A stretch of 64,000 nt of DNA from Candidatus Oxydemutator sp. (GTDB lineage: Bacteria; Pseudomonadota; Gammaproteobacteria; Poriferisulfidales; Oxydemutatoraceae). The translations under genes were made by a program, and so were the position numbers. The notes under the pieces are model-generated. The model saw only the letters and a list, made by a program, of their open reading frames with translations. It searched no databases and was not told the origin of the DNA. Of the stretch, positions 1 through 9,200 are shown in pieces. The stretch's first letter is position 1. Each line of letters starts with the position of its first letter. The DNA is taken from positions 128,001-192,000 of the forward strand of contig OZ241883.1 of assembly GCA_965203445.1 (NCBI GenBank), read 5' to 3'.

Positions 1-42
1 CGATACTCGCGTGAGGGGCTGATATACTTAAAGGGTTTATAA
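1..42 (+). CDS. probable C-terminal end of Cas3 (partial, runs off window)
   Basis: Frame 1 reads RYSREGLIYLKGL-stop just upstream of cas8e. This resembles the Y-x-R-x-GL ending of many type I-E Cas3 proteins. Only 13 codons are visible. Confidence 0.35.
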   Translation, partial: RYSREGLIYLKGL

Positions 43-120
43 GATAGACCTTTTGCAATACCCATTACTCGGCGCTATACTGAAAAGAGAGAAGCCCGCG
101 GTTGTCGAGCAGTTTATCAA

Positions 121-1722
121 GTGAATCTCATCACAGACCCAATTCTGACCCTCACGCTCACCGACGCGTCGGCCCCGACCGCGACTGGAGGCGACAAAGT
201 GTCGTTGCCCGGCCTTTTTGCGGCGATGGCTCGAGAGGAAGTGCGAGGGTTTCCGGCCCTGCGTCCACACCAGCGCCCGGCGTGGCATATGTTCCTGGTA
301 CAACTTGGCGCCCTTGCCCTTTGGGCCTCACGACGTGAACAACCATCGGAGGATACAAGCGATTGGGCGGCAATGCTGCGTAAATTGACTCCGGATTATG
401 CCGACGACGAACCATGGCGATTGGCGGTCGCAGATCCATCCAAACCCGCCTTCCTGCAAGCTCCAGAACCGCAAGAAAAAATAAATTGGAAGGCAGTACC
501 GACCCCGGATGCCCTCGACATGCTCATTACATCCTGCAATCATGACGTAAAAAAGGCTATCGCCAAACAGGCCGCAGCGGAAGATTGGGTTTATGCATTG
601 GTATCACTGCAAACATGCGAAGGTTACAGCGGACCCAAAAACTACGGTATCGCCCGTATGAACGGCGGATCATCCAGCCGCCCGATGTTGGGGCTTGTGC
701 CTTCCCGGAACGGGGACGCTTCTATCAATCCTTCTTCGTGGTGGACACGAGATGTGCGAATATTGATCAAAGATCGCGCGGATCCCGTGACACATACGAA
801 TAGCGGGATTGGCAAAACAGGTGGGCACGCTCTTCTGTGGTGCTTGGACTGGCCAGAAGGGGAACAACTCGAACTGTCTGAGCTGGATCCATGGTTCATT
901 GAGATTTGTCGCCGAGTACGACTGCTGGAAAATAACGATTTGATTTCCTCGCAACGCGGTACGTCGAAAACAGAACGAATCAATGCCAAAGACTTTCAGG
1001 GTAATCTGGGCGATCCGTGGGCGCCTGTTGAAAAAAAGGAAGGTAAGAACCTTACCCTAAGCAGCGCAAACTTCGATTATAGGAAAATCAATGATTTACT
1101 TTTCTCCGGAGATTGGAAGGTGCCGTTACTCGCCCAGGCACAAGATGATGAAACCAGCGATATGCTTTTAGTGACCGAAGCTTTTTCGCGCGGAAACGCC
1201 AAAACCGAGGGTTTCAAATCCCGCGTCGTGCCGGTCCCAGGCCATATCGTACCGCTGTTTTCGTCAGATACCATGGCAACGCTTGCCGAGTCCCAGATAA
1301 AGGAAATCAAAGGCTTCGATAAGGCTTTGCGATACGCAATCGCGTTGGTCGCCGCCCACGGCGACCGGGAAAACATACAGCGTTCGCACTATAGCTTCGC
1401 CGATTCTGCAACCGGGCATCTCAATCGCGAGGCGGACAGGCTGTTTTTTCGACACTTGTGGTGGCGAACCGCAGCCCACTCGCAAAGCGACGAGCAACGC
1501 TTTGAAGCCAAATGCCGCTTCCTCAAATCCATGTATGAGGTAGCGAAATCTTCATTAGAGGCCGCACTGCCGACAATTCCCTGTCCGACAATGCACAAAA
1601 TGAAAGCCAGAATCCGGGCGCGGCGTGCGTTCTTTCAAAAGCTGAGAAAAGACGAAGGCTGTCGTGATCTGTTCAACTGCCCTGGTCTGTTTAACAGGGA
1701 GGAATCCGATGTCGCAGTATAA
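121..1722 (+). CDS. cas8e: type I-E Cascade large subunit Cas8e/Cse1 (CasA)
   Basis: 533 aa with LRPHQRPAWHMFLVQL, TPDALDML, NHDVK and YGIARMNGG motifs; first gene of a cse2-cas7-cas5-cas6-cas1-cas2 operon. Confidence 0.9.
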   Translation: MNLITDPILTLTLTDASAPTATGGDKVSLPGLFAAMAREEVRGFPALRPHQRPAWHMFLVQLGALALWASRREQPSEDTSDWAAMLRKLTPDYADDEPWRLAVADPSKPAFLQAPEPQEKINWKAVPTPDALDMLITSCNHDVKKAIAKQAAAEDWVYALVSLQTCEGYSGPKNYGIARMNGGSSSRPMLGLVPSRNGDASINPSSWWTRDVRILIKDRADPVTHTNSGIGKTGGHALLWCLDWPEGEQLELSELDPWFIEICRRVRLLENNDLISSQRGTSKTERINAKDFQGNLGDPWAPVEKKEGKNLTLSSANFDYRKINDLLFSGDWKVPLLAQAQDDETSDMLLVTEAFSRGNAKTEGFKSRVVPVPGHIVPLFSSDTMATLAESQIKEIKGFDKALRYAIALVAAHGDRENIQRSHYSFADSATGHLNREADRLFFRHLWWRTAAHSQSDEQRFEAKCRFLKSMYEVAKSSLEAALPTIPCPTMHKMKARIRARRAFFQKLRKDEGCRDLFNCPGLFNREESDVAV

Positions 1723-2293
1723 CGATACGATAAGAAAGACGGTTCTCAATGCAACCGAAACGATTCAACACCTCGGGCCCGGCCCGTTGGCCGAGTTACG
1801 ACGGATGAAAGAAGAACGAATCGCAGCGCCTGCCTTCTGGAAGCTGGCCGTTGCCCACCCATACACAATAGGACGCGAGGAAAACGGGCAGACGTGGGTG
1901 GCCATCGTTCGCATCATCGCCATATTGATGCCAAAAGGAGATCCCGGCCGGCGCCCACCTCTGCACGATTCCAAACGGCCATTAGGTGAAGTGCTGTGCG
2001 ACGGCGGTAACCCCGATTGGCGGCCGGACAGCGCCGAAAATCCGAAGCCGGTATTCAGCGAACGACGTCTGATGCAACTTCTTTCGGCACGTGGCCGGCA
2101 GCGAGAAGTTCTACTGACCCGCGCGGCACGAGCCATCGCGCACAGCCGTAGACCAGACAGCGGGGTCAACACTGTGGACGTGGCGTACACTTTGTTGATG
2201 CCCAAAAGCGAAAGACAGTTGGCAGAACCGTACTATCGCCGTCTTGACGGCGGCAAACGGAGCGCCAATGAACCCAAAGGAGAAACTGCCTGA
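1709..2293 (+). CDS. cse2: type I-E Cascade small subunit Cse2/Cas11 (CasB)
   Basis: GPLAELRR and FSERRLMQLL motifs; GGAGG RBS before ATG 1709; lies between cas8e and cas7. Confidence 0.85.
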   Translation: MSQYNDTIRKTVLNATETIQHLGPGPLAELRRMKEERIAAPAFWKLAVAHPYTIGREENGQTWVAIVRIIAILMPKGDPGRRPPLHDSKRPLGEVLCDGGNPDWRPDSAENPKPVFSERRLMQLLSARGRQREVLLTRAARAIAHSRRPDSGVNTVDVAYTLLMPKSERQLAEPYYRRLDGGKRSANEPKGETA

Positions 2294-3450
2294 TGAACCA
2301 ACCACGCTTCCTGCAAATCCACACGCTGACCCCCTACACCGCCGTCCTGCTGAACCGGGATGACAGCGGACTGGCAAAGCGCCTGCCTTACGGAGGCGCG
2401 CTACGCACGAGAATATCGTCTCAATGCCTCAAGCGGCACTGGCGGATCGCCGAGGACCCGTACGCGCTTGGCAACATCGAAGGTGTGAAGGCCGCAACTC
2501 GGTCGCGTGAACTGGTAACCAAAAAAGTTATAGACCCTTTGCGCGAACAATTCTCTAAGGAAATCGTTGATGCAATAGAACCGGCATTCCAGGAGGCCGT
2601 CTATGGCAACAAAGGCAAAACTAAGGATAGCCGTCCAACTCTGCTATTCGGCGAACCTGAGCTGAGGTGGCTCAAGAAAGAAGCAGAACGCTTAGCCAAA
2701 GATGCAAAAGACAATGTGGAGACCGCCAAAAAGAAAGCCGAAGAATGGAAAGGGAAATCCAGCAAAGAGAGCGGCAAGCACGCCTTGAAATTCAAGCAGA
2801 ACATCAAAGCCATGCGTAAAATTACGGCTCTGCCGGCCGGCCTGACGGCAGCGTTGTTCGGACGAATGGTGACATCGGATCCCGATGCCAACATCACGGC
2901 GCCAGTACACGTCGCCCATGCGTTCACCGTCCATGAAGAGGAACCGGAAAGCGATTATTTCACGGCCGTTGACGATCTCTCTTGCGACGAGCCGGGCGCG
3001 GATACGATTCAAGAGACCGAACTGACCTCCGGACTTTTCTATGGTTACGTGGTCGTTGATCTTCCGGGGTTGTCGGGAAACCTCGGAGAGGATGACGAGT
3101 TGGCGGGGCGGGTATTGCACAACTTGATTCACCTGATTGCGGAAATTTCTCCAGGTGCGAAGCTCGGCTCCACGGCTCCCTATGGTCGAGCGTCCTTTAT
3201 GCTGCTGGAAGCCGGGGACAGACAACCGCGCAGCCTGGCGGAAGCCTACCGCAGTCCATGCGAACCTCATCTCGGACGCGCCATCGAGGCATTGTCCGAA
3301 CATCTCGAGACGCTGGACAAAACCTATGCTACCGGAGAGGAGCGACAGGTATTGTCACTGCTCGAGAGCAAAGTACCGCGAGCCGACCGAGGATCGCTGG
3401 CCGAGCTCGCAAAGTGGGCACAAAATCTTCCGAGCAGGATGGCCTCGTGA
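2293..3450 (+). CDS. cas7: type I-E Cas7 (Cse4/CasC)
   Basis: LNRDDSGLAK, RISSQCLKRHWR, ALFGRM, VAHAFTVH and DYFTAVDDL motifs. Confidence 0.95.
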   Translation: MNQPRFLQIHTLTPYTAVLLNRDDSGLAKRLPYGGALRTRISSQCLKRHWRIAEDPYALGNIEGVKAATRSRELVTKKVIDPLREQFSKEIVDAIEPAFQEAVYGNKGKTKDSRPTLLFGEPELRWLKKEAERLAKDAKDNVETAKKKAEEWKGKSSKESGKHALKFKQNIKAMRKITALPAGLTAALFGRMVTSDPDANITAPVHVAHAFTVHEEEPESDYFTAVDDLSCDEPGADTIQETELTSGLFYGYVVVDLPGLSGNLGEDDELAGRVLHNLIHLIAEISPGAKLGSTAPYGRASFMLLEAGDRQPRSLAEAYRSPCEPHLGRAIEALSEHLETLDKTYATGEERQVLSLLESKVPRADRGSLAELAKWAQNLPSRMAS

Positions 3451-4190
3451 CACATCGTTGGCTTGTCTTGCGATTTGAGGCGCCGTTAATGGCTTTCGGG
3501 GGCGTGGCGATAGATCAGGTCGGCCCGACACGGGACTTCCCGGCGACTTCGATGCTGGCCGGGCTTATCGGCAATGCGCTCGGCTGGCACTGGTCGGAAG
3601 GCACAAAACATCAGACGATCCAGGATCGCATAATTTTCGCCGCCCGACGCGAGCGGGAGGGTGAGTTATTGATGGACACCCAAAACGTGAAACTTGAGAA
3701 GAATGACAAAGGTTGGACGACTAGCGGCGAGCGGGAGGTTCGAACTGTGGGCAAGGAAAAGTATAGTGCGCCTCATCGGCGTCGGCGCGACTACCATGCA
3801 GACCTCTCGTTGCGCGTTGTGCTGCGTCTTGAACCGGCGACGGAAACGCCGACGCTCGACGAGCTGGCGGATGCTCTCGAGCGACCGGCACGCCCATTGT
3901 TCCTCGGACGCAAACCCTGCCTTCCTTCGACGCCTCTGCTTGCAGAGGAGGCATCCAGATGGGTGTCAGGTGATACCGCCTACCAGGCACTTCAAGCCGT
4001 ACCTAAGAGGCCCGATTGCCGAGACAATGATCGTCTGCGAGCACTCTGGCCTATTGGCGAAGGACCTGACACCGGCGACGACGTGGACTGCATCACCGAT
4101 TTGCCGGACTTGCGGAATTGGCGCACCGGCCTGCATGGTGGTTCGCGCCAAGTCGTACAAGGTTGGATTGCCTCGCCCACGGACAAATAA
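3447..4190 (+). CDS. cas5: type I-E Cas5 (CasD)
   Basis: LRFEAPLMAFG, GLIGNALG and LFLGRKPCLP motifs; GTG start overlaps the cas7 stop. Confidence 0.93.
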   Translation: MTHRWLVLRFEAPLMAFGGVAIDQVGPTRDFPATSMLAGLIGNALGWHWSEGTKHQTIQDRIIFAARREREGELLMDTQNVKLEKNDKGWTTSGEREVRTVGKEKYSAPHRRRRDYHADLSLRVVLRLEPATETPTLDELADALERPARPLFLGRKPCLPSTPLLAEEASRWVSGDTAYQALQAVPKRPDCRDNDRLRALWPIGEGPDTGDDVDCITDLPDLRNWRTGLHGGSRQVVQGWIASPTDK

Positions 4191-4192
4191 CC

Positions 4193-4963
4193 ATGCTGAA
4201 TCTGGTTCGTGTGCCAATAGATACCAACAAGCTCGCACGTTGGGGGGCGGAGCGCGGTTGGGCACGGCACAGAGGCCGCAACGTCGCCTTTGATGAAGGG
4301 CGCGCATTGCATCACCTAGTGCATGAAGCATTAGGCCCCGGCGTCTTCCGGTCATTTCGATTTTTCGTTCCACCCCGGCGAACCAACGGCAATCTTTACG
4401 CTTATTCGGCGTTGGATTCGGGAGCACTGCGCGCCGCTGCTGAAAATCATGCCTTGCCGGATCACCTCAAGGTTCTGCCTCCTGATCAGATAGAGAGCAA
4501 ACCAATGCCAGAAAGTTGGCGCGCAGGACAACGTTTGGGGTTTGATCTCCGCGTGCGCCCAATCCGGCGGCTTGCAAGCCCGTCAGGAAATTTCAGCAAA
4601 GGCAAAGAAATTGACGTATTTCTTGCGGATGCTTTGCGCAAACGTCCCGCCACCACCGCCAAGGAAGCGGCGACGGAAAGCCGAACGCGTGAAGTCGTAT
4701 ATCTTGACTGGCTGACGGAACGCCTTGCCCCCGCCGCCAAGCTTGCCCCCTCCTCAAGTCGCCTGACTCGTTTCCGCCGCGTCCGCGTCGCTCGCGGAGA
4801 CCGGGCTCCCGAAGGCCCGGATGCGACTATTCACGGAACACTCGTCGTTGCCGATCCGGCTGCCTTTTCCGCTCTGTTGGCACGCGGGGTGGGACGACAT
4901 CGAGCCTACGGCTACGGCATGTTGCTTCTGCGTCCGCCAAACCGTCCCGCGCCAAAGCAATAA
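4193..4963 (+). CDS. cas6e: type I-E Cas6e (Cse3/CasE) crRNA endonuclease
   Basis: C-terminal Gly-rich loop GVGRHRAYGYGML; operon position. Confidence 0.93.
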   Translation: MLNLVRVPIDTNKLARWGAERGWARHRGRNVAFDEGRALHHLVHEALGPGVFRSFRFFVPPRRTNGNLYAYSALDSGALRAAAENHALPDHLKVLPPDQIESKPMPESWRAGQRLGFDLRVRPIRRLASPSGNFSKGKEIDVFLADALRKRPATTAKEAATESRTREVVYLDWLTERLAPAAKLAPSSSRLTRFRRVRVARGDRAPEGPDATIHGTLVVADPAAFSALLARGVGRHRAYGYGMLLLRPPNRPAPKQ

Positions 4964-5832
4964 TGCTCAAGGGTCGGCTCGGCCTTGATAGCGCAAAGGT
5001 TCCGCACAAGGATCGAGCGGGGCTGCTCTACCTGGCTCGCGGGGCATTAACCGCGAAGGATGGTACGCTCGCTTTCGTCCAGAAAATGACGACAACGGCC
5101 GATGCACTCTCGCCTGGAGATTACGCCATCCCGCTCCAAGGCATTTCAATGATCCTGCTCGGTCCCGGCTCCACCGTCAGCCATGACGCACTAAGGCTCC
5201 TTGCCTATGCCCGCACGGCTCTTGCGGCGGTCGGGGAAGATGGCGTACGGCTTTACACCGCCCCACCCCTGATATCAGACCAATCTGATCTGGCGCGGCG
5301 GCAAGCGCGATTTTGGGCCGACGATAAGCAACGGCTGGAGATTGCACGGCGCATGTACGCCTGGCGCTTAAGAGAGGTTCTTCCACATCGTTCCCTTGAC
5401 GTACTTCGCGGAATTGAAGGTGCACGCATGAAAGAGAGCTATCGCTTGCTTGCCCAAAAGATCGGCGTAGCTTGGCACGGCCGCCGCTATGACCGCGCCA
5501 GGCCATACGCCGCGGACCTGCCTAATCAGGCGATAAACCACGCATCCAGTGCGGTAGAGGCCGCCGCCGCCATTGCCGTCGCCGCAACTGCAACCATCCC
5601 ACAGTTGGGCTTCATACATGAGGACCCGGGACAATCGTTTGTTCTGGATATCGCCGACCTCTACCGCGATGCCATAACGATTCCATACGCCTTTCGCGCC
5701 GCCAGGCATGCCGCCGAAAAGCCTGGCGTGAATATTGAGCGTATTACCCGTCGTTTGACCGGACAAGCACTGGCCCGCAAGCAAATCATTCCTGCGATGA
5801 TTGGCCGCATTAAATCCCTATTCACGGAATAG
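4963..5832 (+). CDS. cas1: type I-E Cas1 integrase
   Basis: LLGPGSTVSHDA, LRGIEGARMK, LGFIHED and FVLDIADLY motifs. Confidence 0.96.
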   Translation: MLKGRLGLDSAKVPHKDRAGLLYLARGALTAKDGTLAFVQKMTTTADALSPGDYAIPLQGISMILLGPGSTVSHDALRLLAYARTALAAVGEDGVRLYTAPPLISDQSDLARRQARFWADDKQRLEIARRMYAWRLREVLPHRSLDVLRGIEGARMKESYRLLAQKIGVAWHGRRYDRARPYAADLPNQAINHASSAVEAAAAIAVAATATIPQLGFIHEDPGQSFVLDIADLYRDAITIPYAFRAARHAAEKPGVNIERITRRLTGQALARKQIIPAMIGRIKSLFTE

Positions 5833-5854
5833 ACAGAAAGAGGATAAACGTTCG

Positions 5855-6142
5855 ATGCCGATGGCTATAGTCATCACTCGCAATGTCGAAGCCCGCTATC
5901 GTGGGTTCCTTACTTCTGTAATGTTAGAGGCTGCACCTGGCGTCTATGTAGGGCCAAATATATCCTCAGGTGTCCGAACACGAGTTTGGAACGTACTTTC
6001 AGATTGGTGGGCGACGCTTGGCACGGGATCAATAATTATGATTTGGCGCGACCCGAAAGCCGTAGGAAATCTCCGTATAGAGACCCTTGGAGAACCTCCG
6101 AAAGAGATCGTAGATGCCGACGGTGTTTTGCTCGTAAAATAA
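5855..6142 (+). CDS. cas2: type I-E Cas2
   Basis: RYRGFLTSVMLEAAPGVYVGP and VRTRVW motifs; follows cas1. Confidence 0.93.
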   Translation: MPMAIVITRNVEARYRGFLTSVMLEAAPGVYVGPNISSGVRTRVWNVLSDWWATLGTGSIIMIWRDPKAVGNLRIETLGEPPKEIVDADGVLLVK

Positions 6143-6211
6143 ACATGGAGGCGATACAATTCGCCTCTCGTTCTTTAACAATATAGTAAAATCAAGCACA
6201 TATGGGATAGG
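6143..6211 (+). promoter_or_regulatory. CRISPR leader (short, AT-rich)
   Basis: AT-rich 69 bp (TTCTTTAACAATATAGTAAAAT) between the cas2 stop and the first repeat. Confidence 0.7.
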
Positions 6212-9200
6212 GGTTCCCCCGCACGCGCGGGGATAGACCCTTCGACAAGGGCGTCGTCGCCGACACGGTCGGGGTTCCCCCGCACGCGCGGGGATAGACC
6301 CAATGACCAGTGGGCATCAATACCCGATCTATTGGTTCCCCCGCACGCGCGGGGATAGACCGCAGCCCTCGCCGGCGCACCACGTATCGTCGAAGGTTCC
6401 CCCGCACGCGCGGGGATAGACCCTTCTTAAGATAGTTGTAAGTTCTCCGGCGGCAGGTTCCCCCGCACGCGCGGGGATAGACCCGTAGGCCCTGCCGTAG
6501 GCCGCTTCCGCGGCGCGGTTCCCCCGCACGCGCGGGGATAGACCTGGCTTGAAGGGCATCAGGTGAATTAAAGTACGGGTTCCCCCGCACGCGCGGGGAT
6601 AGACCGTAGTCGTATCTTCAGAATTCAACAACCATGTCGGTTCCCCCGCACGCGCGGGGATAGACCCGCGCGCGCCGCAATGAGCGGCAACGGGAGCGAG
6701 GTTCCCCCGCACGCGCGGGGATAGACCCAACGGGAATATCGCCGACGCCGACTGCTGTTGGGTTCCCCCGCACGCGCGGGGATAGACCGTCGCCCCACGC
6801 GTTGGCCGCGGCCTTGAGGATGGTTCCCCCGCACGCGCGGGGATAGACCCTTGAGGAACTTTTGCGTTTTGACGAGACCGAAGGTTCCCCCGCACGCGCG
6901 GGGATAGACCTTTGGCGAGTGATGATCCGGCAGGCATTCGGTCGGTTCCCCCGCACGCGCGGGGATAGACCCAAAGCAGATACTGCAAGATGATGTAATG
7001 TCCAGGTTCCCCCGCACGCGCGGGGATAGACCCGATTAAAGAACAGGCAATACGTGATATGCGGCGGTTCCCCCGCACGCGCGGGGATAGACCTTTATTC
7101 TGTAGTGTATTTATGGATGATTGGCAGGTTCCCCCGCACGCGCGGGGATAGACCCTTACAAAGACAGAAACTTTTGATCTATCCGATGGTTCCCCCGCAC
7201 GCGCGGGGATAGACCTGTTGGAGCTGTTGGGGTTATACGCAGACTGTAGGTTCCCCCGCACGCGCGGGGATAGACCCTATAGATGAGTTTGTTGCTGACA
7301 GGCAATACGGGTTCCCCCGCACGCGCGGGGATAGACCCTCGATGACGATCAAGATGCGGAGTTTTGGAGTGGTTCCCCCGCACGCGCGGGGATAGACCCA
7401 GCTGCTCAGCAGTGGCAGGCTCCACAACTGAGGTTCCCCCGCACGCGCGGGGATAGACCCGCGCCGCAGCTTCGGCGCAGGCCTAACTTTAGGGTTCCCC
7501 CGCGGGGATAGACCCTGACGAGTCTATTAAAAGACTTGTCGGACATACGCGCGGGGATAGACCGCGAGCGCAAGAGGCTGCTGCTTGCCGGCGACGGGTT
7601 CCCCCGCACGCGCGGGGATAGACCTTTCCCCCCTCGTCTGCTCAGGGGAAGTATGGCGGTTCCCCCGCACGCGCGGGGATAGACCGTCGTCGAGCGTGCC
7701 GTCGCGCACCGTGCGCCCGGTTCCCCCGCACGCGCGGGGATAGACCTTTATCGTATCGCCCGACGTCACATTGCCGTCGGGTTCCCCCGCACGCGCGGGG
7801 ATAGACCCGAGTCGGTGATCAACCTGAACGCTGCGGGTGTGGTTCCCCCGCACGCGCGGGGATAGACCCTGACGAGTCTATTAAAAGACTTGTCGGACAT
7901 AGGTTCCCCCGCACGCGCGGGGATAGACCCTACGCGGCCAACGGCGCCAAGACGAACGGCCCGGTTCCCCCGCACGCGCGGGGATAGACCCGATGTCGCC
8001 GCTGCTGGATTGCGCCAGCGAGTGGTTCCCCCGCACGCGCGGGGATAGACCCTTTGTGCGCAACCAGTACATCGAGATGCTGAAGGTTCCCCCGCACGCG
8101 CGGGGATAGACCTGAGGACGGGATACGACGAGCCCGCGACCCTGGGGTTCCCCCGCACGCGCGGGGATAGACCCTGCTGCACCGCGGCGTATATCACGCT
8201 GGTGCCGGTTCCCCCGCACGCGCGGGGATAGACCCCGCTCGGTGGCGCGCTGGCTGAGGGATTGGAAGGTTCCCCCGCACGCGCGGGGATAGACCCCACT
8301 TCAGCATCGCATGCGTGTCATCGATCCCGGTTCCCCCGCACGCGCGGGGATAGACCCGGTGTAAGCCCCACAGTCTCGAAATCAAAAGCGGTTCCCCCGC
8401 ACGCGCGGGGATAGACCCAATGCGCGCCAGAGTCGTCTTGCCGACGCCCGGGTTCCCCCGCACGCGCGGGGATAGACCTAAATAGGTTGTTGAAAGATAC
8501 GGACGCCGTTCGGTTCCCCCGCACGCGCGGGGATAGACCTTGATATGGCATCTCTTTCTTTGTGGCAATTTAGGTTCCCCCGCACGCGCGGGGATAGACC
8601 TTGATATGGCATCTCTTTCTTTGTGGCAATTTAGGTTCCCCCGCACGCGCGGGGATAGACCCCATCCGCGCGCATCCTCTATCCGCGGCGCAAGGGTTCC
8701 CCCGCACGCGCGGGGATAGACCCCTCGCAAAGGCCGATCAGCGCAGCTATCGAATGGTTCCCCCGCACGCGCGGGGATAGACCCCGTACACCGCTTTCAG
8801 CGCGGCGCGCACTTCGGGTTCCCCCGCACGCGCGGGGATAGACCCATGCCCACCCGAACGCCCGGACGCCGGCCCACGGTTCCCCCGCACGCGCGGGGAT
8901 AGACCCTGCTCCGCGACCAGTTCTTTGAAGTGATCTTCGGTTCCCCCGCACGCGCGGGGATAGACCGCAAGGTCGGCTGGTCGCAGCTGCTCCGCGGGCG
9001 GTTCCCCCGCACGCGCGGGGATAGACCCTTGTAATCCGCGCCCGCGATCGCGACGCGCGGGGTTCCCCCGCACGCGCGGGGATAGACCCCGTCAACGGGT
9101 TCTGCGCGTCGGCCACCAACTGGTTCCCCCGCACGCGCGGGGATAGACCCCAGGTCGGGACTGGCGGCAGTACTACAACCCGGGTTCCCCCGCACGCGCG

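Noticed and set aside
1-120. Apparent lack of cas3 (a Cascade-only system)
   Set aside because: The window starts here and bases 1-42 look like a Cas3 C-terminus, so absence cannot be claimed.
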